Part shown: positions 18,153-25,342 of the stretch, piece by piece
How the letters are laid out: each line of letters opens with the position of its first letter
Position numbering within the stretch: position 1 is the first letter of the stretch
Origin: Candidatus Micrarchaeota archaeon
GTDB taxonomy: Archaea; Micrarchaeota; Micrarchaeia; Anstonellales; Bilamarchaeaceae
Length of the DNA: 35,104 bases
Reading direction: 5' to 3'
NCBI GenBank assembly: GCA_040753215.1
Contig: JBFMEZ010000024.1
Span: 1-35,104 of the forward strand
Made by a program: the position numbers and the translations under genes
Notes under the pieces: generated by a model
The model's input: the letters and a program-made list of their open reading frames with translations, nothing else
Told to the model about the DNA's origin: nothing
The model's database searches: none

Positions 18153-18237
18153 GTTTTCATTTACGCAGAATTTGCATAAATAATTTTGTCGTAGTCATAA
18201 CAACAACATTTTTATTTTAGCGCCGTGTATTTAACGC

Positions 18238-18969
18238 ATGCTTGAAAAGGAATTGGAAGAGGTCGGGCTGAGGCCCAACGAGGCAAAAATCTATTCTGCG
18301 CTGCTCAGGATTGGGACTGCTACGCCTGCACAGGTAGCGAGGGAAACCGGCCTGTCGCGCTCCTACGTGTATGATGCGCTGGAAACCCTGAAAGCGAAGG
18401 GACTCGTTGGCATGCAGATGAAGAATGGTAAGAGGCACTATACCGCATCCGACCCGAAGCATCTGGAAGAGGCAGCTAAGGAGCAGCTTGCCAAGGCGCA
18501 GAAGATTGTGCCGGTTCTTGCAAAAGCAATGGAAGCAAGCATTGCGCCTTCTGAAGTTTCGGTTTACGAAGGGGCATATATCTACAAACAATTGCTCCGG
18601 GACATAACCGGCACTATGAAGGCAGAGGAAGAGGTGCTGATTTTCGGAATTGATGATGAAAGGATAATGCGGCTGGATGAATATTACCCCCACTACCTGG
18701 ACTACTATTTTGCATTCCTAAAGGAAGCGGGAGTGAAGGAAAGGGCTATCGTAAGAATGGGTGCGAGGAAGCTGAAGGAAGCGAAAACAACCAGGTACCG
18801 CTTTTTGGATGGGAAATATTTTGGCGATGTCGCGTTTGAGGTGTATAAAGACCGGCTTGCGCTCTTTGAGTGGGGCGGGCAGAGCAGGCTAGTCCTGATA
18901 AGGAATGCGAGAATTGCTGATGCTTATCGCAGGCAGTTTGAATTTTTCTGGAAAAACGCGAAGGAGTAG
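18238..18969 (+). CDS. TrmB-family transcriptional regulator
   Basis: LEEVGLRPNEAKIYSALL..TGLSRSYVYDALETLKAKGLV wHTH; VSVYEG; YRRQFEFFW end. Confidence 0.9.
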   Translation: MLEKELEEVGLRPNEAKIYSALLRIGTATPAQVARETGLSRSYVYDALETLKAKGLVGMQMKNGKRHYTASDPKHLEEAAKEQLAKAQKIVPVLAKAMEASIAPSEVSVYEGAYIYKQLLRDITGTMKAEEEVLIFGIDDERIMRLDEYYPHYLDYYFAFLKEAGVKERAIVRMGARKLKEAKTTRYRFLDGKYFGDVAFEVYKDRLALFEWGGQSRLVLIRNARIADAYRRQFEFFWKNAKE

Positions 18970-18971
18970 CC

Positions 18972-20081
18972 TTATTCGAGCCTTGCCTGGCGGCTTGCTC
19001 CCCTCACCGCCGGCGAACTTATATCCATCCCCGTGGCGCGGAAGAACTCCATCGCCATCGCATATGCAACTGAGGGCTCGCTCCTTGCCGCCTGCCAGTT
19101 GTCATAAATTTCGGCATAAAGCCTGCCCTTCTCCTGGCCCGAGAGCCGCGGCCAGTCGCTGACAAGCTCCCGGAGCGGATAGGAAAAGAACCTCATCATG
19201 CGGTGCTCCGTGCTCGGGTCTTCGTAATCCCTGGGAAGCGATGCGTACATGCCAACGAACGACTCCACCCGCGGGTCGTTCAGCATCGCCCACAACTGCT
19301 GCTCGGACAATGCCCCGGTCAGCTTCCCCGCCTGGTGCCATTCGGCTATGACTTCAGATGGTATGCCGGCAAATTCCTCGAATGCGGCGATAACCATGCC
19401 CGCCAGCATGCTCTCCCTGTCTGCCGTGTAGAGGCTTGTTATCAGGGGCAGCCCGTAAGAGCACGCCTCAAGGTAATGGCCGCCCGAAAGGCTCGATAGG
19501 AAGGAGCCGATGAACTGGCCGAAGGTCTGTTCCTGCTCCAGCGTGCTTTCAAAGCTGAAACTCTCCCCGAAAAGGCCCTTCATCTTGTCCGTGAGGGCTT
19601 TCTGGTATGCCTCGCGCAGGCCCTCATCCCGCTCTTCCGAAACCCCTGAGAAAATCCTCTCCTTAAACATCTCGTAAAGAACGCGCTCGGGGTTGAACGG
19701 GCTCCTTGCGGTGATCTCATCCAGCCTAGCCGCGAATTCCTCCACATTTCTCTCTTCGGCCCTCGCCGCCTCCAGCTCCCGGAAGGTTGCCTGCGTGGTG
19801 AGCGCCGCAAGTGCGTCGCTTCTTTCCTCCGCCGTCAGGGATATCGTCGCGCCATCCGGGATGAGCCAGAGCATCGCAACCCTCTGCGGGTTCTGCCGCG
19901 CAAACTCGGCTGCCTGCGCGTCGTTTTCAAACCTCTCCCCTGGCGGCAGCAGCGCGACCAGGGTGTTTCCGTCCTTTGAGACCTGCGGAAAGCCCCTTAT
20001 CTGCCAGCCGAGCCGGTCCGCCTCGGCAAGGGTTGAAGGCACCCTCTCCTGCTGCCTTTGGGATATGCCCAGGTCGACCAT
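18972..20081 (-). CDS. Hypothetical protein
   Basis: ~370-aa ORF with natural composition; ATG at 20081 (frame open to the IS end at 20114). Confidence 0.7.
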   Translation of the reverse strand: MVDLGISQRQQERVPSTLAEADRLGWQIRGFPQVSKDGNTLVALLPPGERFENDAQAAEFARQNPQRVAMLWLIPDGATISLTAEERSDALAALTTQATFRELEAARAEERNVEEFAARLDEITARSPFNPERVLYEMFKERIFSGVSEERDEGLREAYQKALTDKMKGLFGESFSFESTLEQEQTFGQFIGSFLSSLSGGHYLEACSYGLPLITSLYTADRESMLAGMVIAAFEEFAGIPSEVIAEWHQAGKLTGALSEQQLWAMLNDPRVESFVGMYASLPRDYEDPSTEHRMMRFFSYPLRELVSDWPRLSGQEKGRLYAEIYDNWQAARSEPSVAYAMAMEFFRATGMDISSPAVRGASRQARLE

Positions 20082-20114
20082 CAGAATCCCGCAAATAATG
20101 CTCAAATCAGCTTT

Positions 20115-20270
20115 GTGAATTACCCAGCACTAAAGTGCTGGGCTTCCTGCTTCATTGAAGATACTTGCCCATTATGCTTATAATGGGTAGAGGTCTCTTC
20201 TTCACAGGCGTTACTTCCCCAAATTCCTGAGGTAGCTCGTCTGAGTATGTTTATCGCCGCATTGAGGTCC
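20115..20270 (-). ncRNA. Putative omegaRNA (reRNA) scaffold overlapping the tnpB 3' end
   Basis: Position and terminal hairpin typical of TnpB loci; 5' boundary approximate. Confidence 0.5.
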
Positions 20271-20615
20271 CTGTGCATTGATGCTCCACATGCACAGCTA
20301 TGCCACCTTTCCGCAAGCGATTTCTTCTGCACCGAACCGCAGTTACTGCACATCTGTGTAGTGTGGGCGGGCTCCACAAGCACAACTTCGCAACCAGCTT
20401 CCTCCGCTTTGTAACGAAGCATGCCTGAGAACTCTGCCCAGCCGCAGTCCAGTATGGATTTTGCAAGGAAACCCCTTGCCATTCCTTTTGTATCCAGGTT
20501 TTCCAATGCAATGAAAGAATATTTCTCCACTAATTTCCTGCTTGTTTTATGCAGAAAGTCCCTCCTCCTGTTTGGGAGCTTCTCGTAAGCCACTGCAGCT
20601 TTCAGCTTTGCCTTC
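20120..20615 (-). pseudogene. tnpB: TnpB C-terminal fragment
   Basis: DFLHKTSRKLV, IALENL (RuvC-II), CSNC..CAC zinc ribbon, RDLNAAINI (RuvC-III); N-terminus and RuvC-I absent. Confidence 0.88.
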
Positions 20616-20723
20616 CGGTGCGGTTTCCACCATGCAGGCGGCCATGCAGTTTGGGAAGCCACTAGGATGTGGGTGCGCTCATCCACGGTCTTAAGACCAC
20701 GGCTTTCGCGCACCCGTGGAGGT

Positions 20724-21827
20724 TCAGTAGAGGAATCCACAGGATTTGCAGATTTCGCGCGCGCTCGGCTCGCCGCATATTCCGCAGGAGTTTATGCGGA
20801 GCTTTTCCTTCGGGATTGATTTACGTATCGCGCCCATAATCGCATTTCCGCTCGCGGCTATCCTTAGCTTTGTGCTGGGGTATGCCTCCTCCATAAGATT
20901 CAGCTGGTGGCGGATGAATCTCCTTATTGCATGCTGGACGTAGGGGCAGCAGCACGCGCCTTCCCCATAATCGTATCCATGGAGGTTTGCATAGGTTGCG
21001 ACTTCCCTTTCGGGGAGTGTGGCGAAGGGCTTTATGCGCGGGACGAATGATTTGCTTTGGACGAGAGGCTCCTCCATACGCGCAAAGCGGAGGGGCTCAT
21101 TCCGGATTACGTTTAGGAGAATGGTTTGCGCAGTGTCATCCAGATTATGTGCAATAATTAGTTTGGAGGCTCCGAGCTTCCTTGCTTTTGAATTGAGCAA
21201 TCTGCGGCGAAGAACGGCGCAAACTGAGCAGTTCGCCTTCCCTTCTTTTGCTAGGGAATCGAGGGTGACGCCTTCTTCTTTCCCAAACGTGTAAATGTAA
21301 TGCTTCACCTTCAATTTTTTGCAGAACTTCTTCGCGCGGTTGATTGTGTGCTCGCGGTATCCGCGCACTCCCTCATCTATTGTGATTGCGAAAAACTGGA
21401 AGGGCAGGGCTTCCTTAAGATGGGAAAGGAAATGAAGCATTGAAAAGGAATCCTTCCCTCCGGAGAGGGCGAGCGCGATCTTCTCATTTTTCTTAATCAG
21501 ATTTTTCTGCCTTATCTCCAATTTCGCCTTCTTCTCGAAATATTCCAGGAAATGCTTTTTGCAGAAGTGCCTTCCAATGTGCGGCGCATAATATACTGGA
21601 ATCCCGCCGCACTCGCATTCCTCATATTTTCTTTGCTTGTGCAGGGCGCTTCCGGACTGGGGCGCGCCGTGCTTGAAATAGATTATGGATACCTCCTGCC
21701 CCTTTTTCGCGATGGAGGTTTCGGGGACGAGCTTGCCATCTGTGAATACGAGTACCTCCTGGGAGCAGATTCCATACTCCTTGAGAAGGTTCTGGATGGA
21801 AGTATTGGACTTCAGTTTAAGTTGCAT
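20724..21827 (-). CDS. TtuA/Ncs6-family tRNA 2-thiolation protein with N-terminal ubiquitin-like (ThiS/MoaD) domain
   Basis: SGGKDS PP-loop, CSVCAVLRR, HNLDD, CCPY, terminal CxxC zinc finger; N-terminal ~55 aa ThiS-like. Confidence 0.88.
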   Translation of the reverse strand: MQLKLKSNTSIQNLLKEYGICSQEVLVFTDGKLVPETSIAKKGQEVSIIYFKHGAPQSGSALHKQRKYEECECGGIPVYYAPHIGRHFCKKHFLEYFEKKAKLEIRQKNLIKKNEKIALALSGGKDSFSMLHFLSHLKEALPFQFFAITIDEGVRGYREHTINRAKKFCKKLKVKHYIYTFGKEEGVTLDSLAKEGKANCSVCAVLRRRLLNSKARKLGASKLIIAHNLDDTAQTILLNVIRNEPLRFARMEEPLVQSKSFVPRIKPFATLPEREVATYANLHGYDYGEGACCCPYVQHAIRRFIRHQLNLMEEAYPSTKLRIAASGNAIMGAIRKSIPKEKLRINSCGICGEPSAREICKSCGFLY

Positions 21828-21831
21828 CGGA

Positions 21832-22059
21832 CTACCTGTGCTTCTCTGCTATTGCGGCCTTTATCTTCCTGCCTATGTTTTCCACATCCTTTTCGGTCAG
21901 CTTGCCCTTGGAGGTTATGGAGCGCAGAAGCACCAGCTCCTGGATTTTCCTGAAGTTCTTGGACTTCTTGGAAAGCGCTTCCTTCAGGTCCTTCTCAAGC
22001 TCCTTCCTCTCCGCATCGGAGAGCTTTTCTTCCGGAAACTGCACTGCTTTTGGCACCAT
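21832..22059 (-). CDS. Small basic hypothetical protein (antitoxin-like)
   Basis: SKGKLTEKDVENIGRKIKAAIAEKH tail resembles small archaeal antitoxin-like proteins; co-oriented and tightly spaced. Confidence 0.6.
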   Translation of the reverse strand: MVPKAVQFPEEKLSDAERKELEKDLKEALSKKSKNFRKIQELVLLRSITSKGKLTEKDVENIGRKIKAAIAEKHR

Positions 22060-22069
22060 AGGCAAAACC

Positions 22070-23122
22070 CTACGAAAGCGCTTCTTTCATCAGCGGGTCT
22101 GAGAGGGCATACCTGCCATTAACCCTCTCCACGAAACCGTATGCGACGAGTTTAGAGAGGTATTCTGTCATCCTGCTGTCGCTTATCTCTTTTTTCTCCT
22201 TCAGCCCCAAGTGTATCTTCATCTCCTCCCAGGAAAGCGGGCCCTGCCCAAGCGCCTTCAGCAGTGTTTTGTAACGCCCTTTCATGCCTTTTCTAAGCGA
22301 CAGGAATGCGTTTAGCTCCGAAGAGGTTATCTCGGCGGCATCCCTCCTCACAAGTTCCAGGGCCTTTTCGTGCGGATGGGATATGCGGTAGTGGCCGTAA
22401 TAGGTCAGCCAGCCGATCAGGCCGTCGAGCGAGCCTATCGCCGCCAAAATATCGTTTTCAGGCACTTTCGCGCCGGCTTCTGCAAAGCCCTTCGCGAGGA
22501 ATTCCGCAGCTTTCCTTCCTGCGAGCCTTTTCAGTTCTATCTCGGTTTTTGCCCTCCCGAAAAGCGGAGCCTCGGCGGACTGCCCGACAAACTCCTCAAG
22601 CAGCCCGACCTGGGAGCCGGCCATGACCATCTGCACCATGCCAAGGTTGTCGTACAGATACGCCAGGAACCTGTCGGCATCGTACCTCTTTAGCAGCTGG
22701 GCCTCGTCTATGAAAATAACCGCGCGGATTTTTCTTCTGGCGAGTTCCTTCTGCGCCTCCTCCGCGGCTGCGCTGGGCAGCGGCGCCCGCAACCCCGCGC
22801 CCACTCCCTCCAGCGAGACGGATTCTATGCGCGCAAGCAGGCGCTCTTCCACCTTTATCTGCCTGAGGATGGAAACAAATGCCTCGTGGAAGACGCTTTC
22901 CGCCTGCACACCAGCGAAAACCTTCCTCGCGTCAATCCACGCTTTCGGCGATTGGAGCGAATTGAACGCCACCTTCATGAGGGAGGTCTTGCCCACCCGC
23001 CGCGGCCCCTTCACCACGATGAGGCGCTCGCCGGAATTTATGGCGGAGGCCAGGCTGGCCATCTCCTCGGAATAGTTGTAGAAGTCCCCCTTCCTCTCCT
23101 TTGCCTGGACGTCAAAAAGCAT
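22070..23122 (-). CDS. Archaeal ATPase (AAA/STAND-like) with C-terminal wHTH
   Basis: GPRRVGKTS, IFIDEAQ, AGSQVG, PLFGR, YALSDP. Confidence 0.9.
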   Translation of the reverse strand: MLFDVQAKERKGDFYNYSEEMASLASAINSGERLIVVKGPRRVGKTSLMKVAFNSLQSPKAWIDARKVFAGVQAESVFHEAFVSILRQIKVEERLLARIESVSLEGVGAGLRAPLPSAAAEEAQKELARRKIRAVIFIDEAQLLKRYDADRFLAYLYDNLGMVQMVMAGSQVGLLEEFVGQSAEAPLFGRAKTEIELKRLAGRKAAEFLAKGFAEAGAKVPENDILAAIGSLDGLIGWLTYYGHYRISHPHEKALELVRRDAAEITSSELNAFLSLRKGMKGRYKTLLKALGQGPLSWEEMKIHLGLKEKKEISDSRMTEYLSKLVAYGFVERVNGRYALSDPLMKEALS

Positions 23123-23152
23123 TATTTTCTTACGCCGGACGAATTTTTATAA

Positions 23153-23216
23153 CTTCCGGTTTTTTGATAATTTACCGGAAGCTGCTTCCGCAAAAAATTG
23201 GAAAAACCGGAAGCTG
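23153..23216. promoter_or_regulatory. Two tandem CTTCCG-N17-CGGAAG dyads, 32-bp period
   Basis: 23153-23181 and 23185-23213; ACCGGAAGCTG repeated at 23174 and 23206. Confidence 0.5.
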
Positions 23217-23227
23217 ATTATTTCTCC

Positions 23228-23305
23228 CTAAGAATGCTGTGAACCTCCAATCTGAACAGTTCTCTCCTGCACATTTTCTACGGGTTTTACCTGTGGGTTC
23301 GGCAT
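23228..23305 (-). CDS. 25-aa small ORF or gene remnant (MPNPQVKPVENVQERTVQIGGSQHS)
   Basis: Perfect GGAGGTGA Shine-Dalgarno 4 nt before the ATG; TATA-like box upstream. Confidence 0.4.
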   Translation of the reverse strand: MPNPQVKPVENVQERTVQIGGSQHS

Positions 23306-23408
23306 ATGTTCACCTCCTAATATTGGCATACCAGGGATATATATCGAAAAAATTTTGCATGCCGGGAAAGACGCCCGCTTTTTATTTTTTCCCTTCCTAT
23401 TCTCCCGT

Positions 23409-24641
23409 ATGAAAATCGCTTCTGTTTTTGCGAGGGAGGTCCTGGACTCGCGGGGAAACCCGACTGTGCAGGTGGATGTTTCCGCGGGAAGGGGGTTTGG
23501 GAGGGGGACCGCGCCTTCCGGGGCTTCCACGGGCGTGCATGAGGCGCTGGAGCTGCGGGATGGGGAGAAAAGGTATGGGGGAAAGGGAGTCCTCAAAGCC
23601 GTGGAGAATGTGAATAAGCATATCGGGCCGGCGCTGATTGGGATGAATACTAATCAGAAGAAAATAGATGCGAAGATGGTTGAGCTGGACGGGACGCCGA
23701 ACAAGGGAAAATTAGGCGCAAACGCAATGGTTGCTACTTCCATGGCTGTGATGGGGGCTGCCGCGAACGGGAAAAAGAAGGAAGTGCATGAGTATTTGGG
23801 CGGGAAGACGCTTCCTGTGCCCATGCTGAACGTGATTAACGGGGGAAAGCATGCGGGAGGGGCGCTTGCAATCCAGGAGTTCATGATTATACCGGCCCAT
23901 GCGCCTTCCTTTAAGGAGGGGCTCCGCTACTCCGCGGAAACCTACCATGCGCTGAAGAAGATTCTGGAAAGGAAATACGGGAAGGGTGCAATCAATGTGG
24001 GGGATGAGGGAGGGTTTGCGCCGCCCATGAAAGAGACGAGGGAGGCGCTGGAGGCACTTGTGCAGGCAATTGGGGAGGCGGGATATGCAAAGGAGATGAG
24101 GATAGGGGTGGATTGTGCGTCTTCCTCATTCTATGCGGATGGGAAGTATGCGATAGACGGGAAGAGTTTGGATGCGGGCGGATTGATCGACCACCTTGGC
24201 GGGCTTATTTCTTCATATCCTGTTGTGAGCGTGGAGGACCCTCTTCAAGAAGATGATTTTGACGGGTTCGCGGAATTCACTAAAAAGCATTCGGGAAAGA
24301 TGCAGGTTGTGGGGGATGATTTGCTTTGTACCAATGCGGCGCGCATAAAGACGGCGATAAGGAAGAAGGCCTGCAATGCATTATTGCTTAAGATTAATCA
24401 GATAGGGACTGTTACGGAAGCGATAAGCGCAGCCAAGCTCGCCAGGAAAGCCGGTTGGAAGGTGGTGGTGAGCCACCGCTCGGGAGAGACGGAGGACAAT
24501 TTCATCGCGGATTTCGCGGTGGGGATAGATGCCGGGCAGATAAAAACCGGCGCCCCTGCGAGGGGGGAGCGCACTTCCAAGTATAATCAATTGCTGAGGA
24601 TAGAGGAGAAAGTGGGGAATACATACGCTAAGGTGTTTTGA
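23409..24641 (+). CDS. eno: Enolase
   Basis: DSRGNPT, PSGASTG, GDEGGFAP, SHRSGETED, GQIKTG. Confidence 0.97.
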   Translation: MKIASVFAREVLDSRGNPTVQVDVSAGRGFGRGTAPSGASTGVHEALELRDGEKRYGGKGVLKAVENVNKHIGPALIGMNTNQKKIDAKMVELDGTPNKGKLGANAMVATSMAVMGAAANGKKKEVHEYLGGKTLPVPMLNVINGGKHAGGALAIQEFMIIPAHAPSFKEGLRYSAETYHALKKILERKYGKGAINVGDEGGFAPPMKETREALEALVQAIGEAGYAKEMRIGVDCASSSFYADGKYAIDGKSLDAGGLIDHLGGLISSYPVVSVEDPLQEDDFDGFAEFTKKHSGKMQVVGDDLLCTNAARIKTAIRKKACNALLLKINQIGTVTEAISAAKLARKAGWKVVVSHRSGETEDNFIADFAVGIDAGQIKTGAPARGERTSKYNQLLRIEEKVGNTYAKVF

Positions 24642-24650
24642 TGGCGGGCG

Positions 24651-24685
24651 GGAACTGGAAACCCGAAACCGGGAACGGGAAACTG
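24651..24685 (+). repeat. Heptamer tandem repeat (GRAACNG-like x5)
   Basis: GGAACTG GAAACCC GAAACCG GGAACGG GAAACTG. Confidence 0.85.
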
Positions 24686-24687
24686 AT

Positions 24688-25038
24688 ATGAGTTGGGCAA
24701 CGGGGCTGGGCTCCTGGTTCGGGGAGCTTCTCCTCTTCTTCGGCGTGTTCGCGCTCATCGGCTCAGGGGAATGGCTGCTCGCGGGTATGGGTGCGCTGAT
24801 GGTATTCCTGTTTGAGGGGCTGGCGGCGCAGGAGAAGCCGGACAGGGAGGAGATGAAGGCGCTGCGTGAATTCCCGGGGACAGCGGCAAAGAACCTCGCA
24901 TTCCCCTTCCTCTGGCTTGCGCTGTATTTCGTAGGAGGCGGGGAATTCATACTCGCGTTCGCGATAGCGACCGGCATAAAGGCGGTTGCGCTGAATGCGA
25001 AGCTGCTCGCGAAGGTTTTCCTCTGGGCCGGGGGATGA
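24688..25038 (+). CDS. Small membrane protein
   Basis: About 4 hydrophobic segments. Confidence 0.7.
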   Translation: MSWATGLGSWFGELLLFFGVFALIGSGEWLLAGMGALMVFLFEGLAAQEKPDREEMKALREFPGTAAKNLAFPFLWLALYFVGGGEFILAFAIATGIKAVALNAKLLAKVFLWAGG

Positions 25039-25093
25039 ATTTATAAATACTTCCCGGGATAAAGAAATCCACAACGCTCTTTTAGGTGTATTA

Positions 25094-25342
25094 ATGGCCA
25101 TCGAAGTTTGCGTGAGATGCGGCGAAAAGTCCGCGAAGTTTGAGCAGTGCGGGTACTGCAGCAGGAGCCTCTGCATAAGGTGCATAAAGAGCTGCCGGAA
25201 ACCTTCCAGGACAGAAAGGCTGTGCATATGCAAGGACTGCTGGAGCAGGATGGAGACCAGGAAAAAGTACAAGGCGGTGGAAAAGAAAGTGGAGGAGGAG
25301 TACGAGCCGAGGGCGTTCAGAAGGCCGCGCGGAAGGCGCTGA
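25094..25342 (+). CDS. Small Cys-rich zinc-finger protein
   Basis: CxxC repeated four times (CVRC, CGYC, CIRC, CKDC); TATA box TTTATAAA ~25040. Confidence 0.8.
   Translation: MAIEVCVRCGEKSAKFEQCGYCSRSLCIRCIKSCRKPSRTERLCICKDCWSRMETRKKYKAVEKKVEEEYEPRAFRRPRGRR

Larger units (their letters stand above)
20115..20726 (-). mobile_element. Internally deleted IS200/IS605-family (tnpB) element
   Basis: Right end GAAGCCCAGCACTTTAGTGCTGGGTAATTCAC; left end TGAACCTCCACGG with subterminal hairpins. Confidence 0.88.

Noticed and set aside
20120..20740. Intact 206-aa mini-TnpB nuclease
   Set aside because: The first ~40 codons are read-through of thiolase and left-end DNA; RuvC-I and the N-terminal domains are missing.
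23209..23219. Match of the predicted tnpB guide (AAGCTGATT) as a self-target
   Set aside because: Only 9 nt and no TCAC/CTAC-like adjacent motif; compatible with chance.
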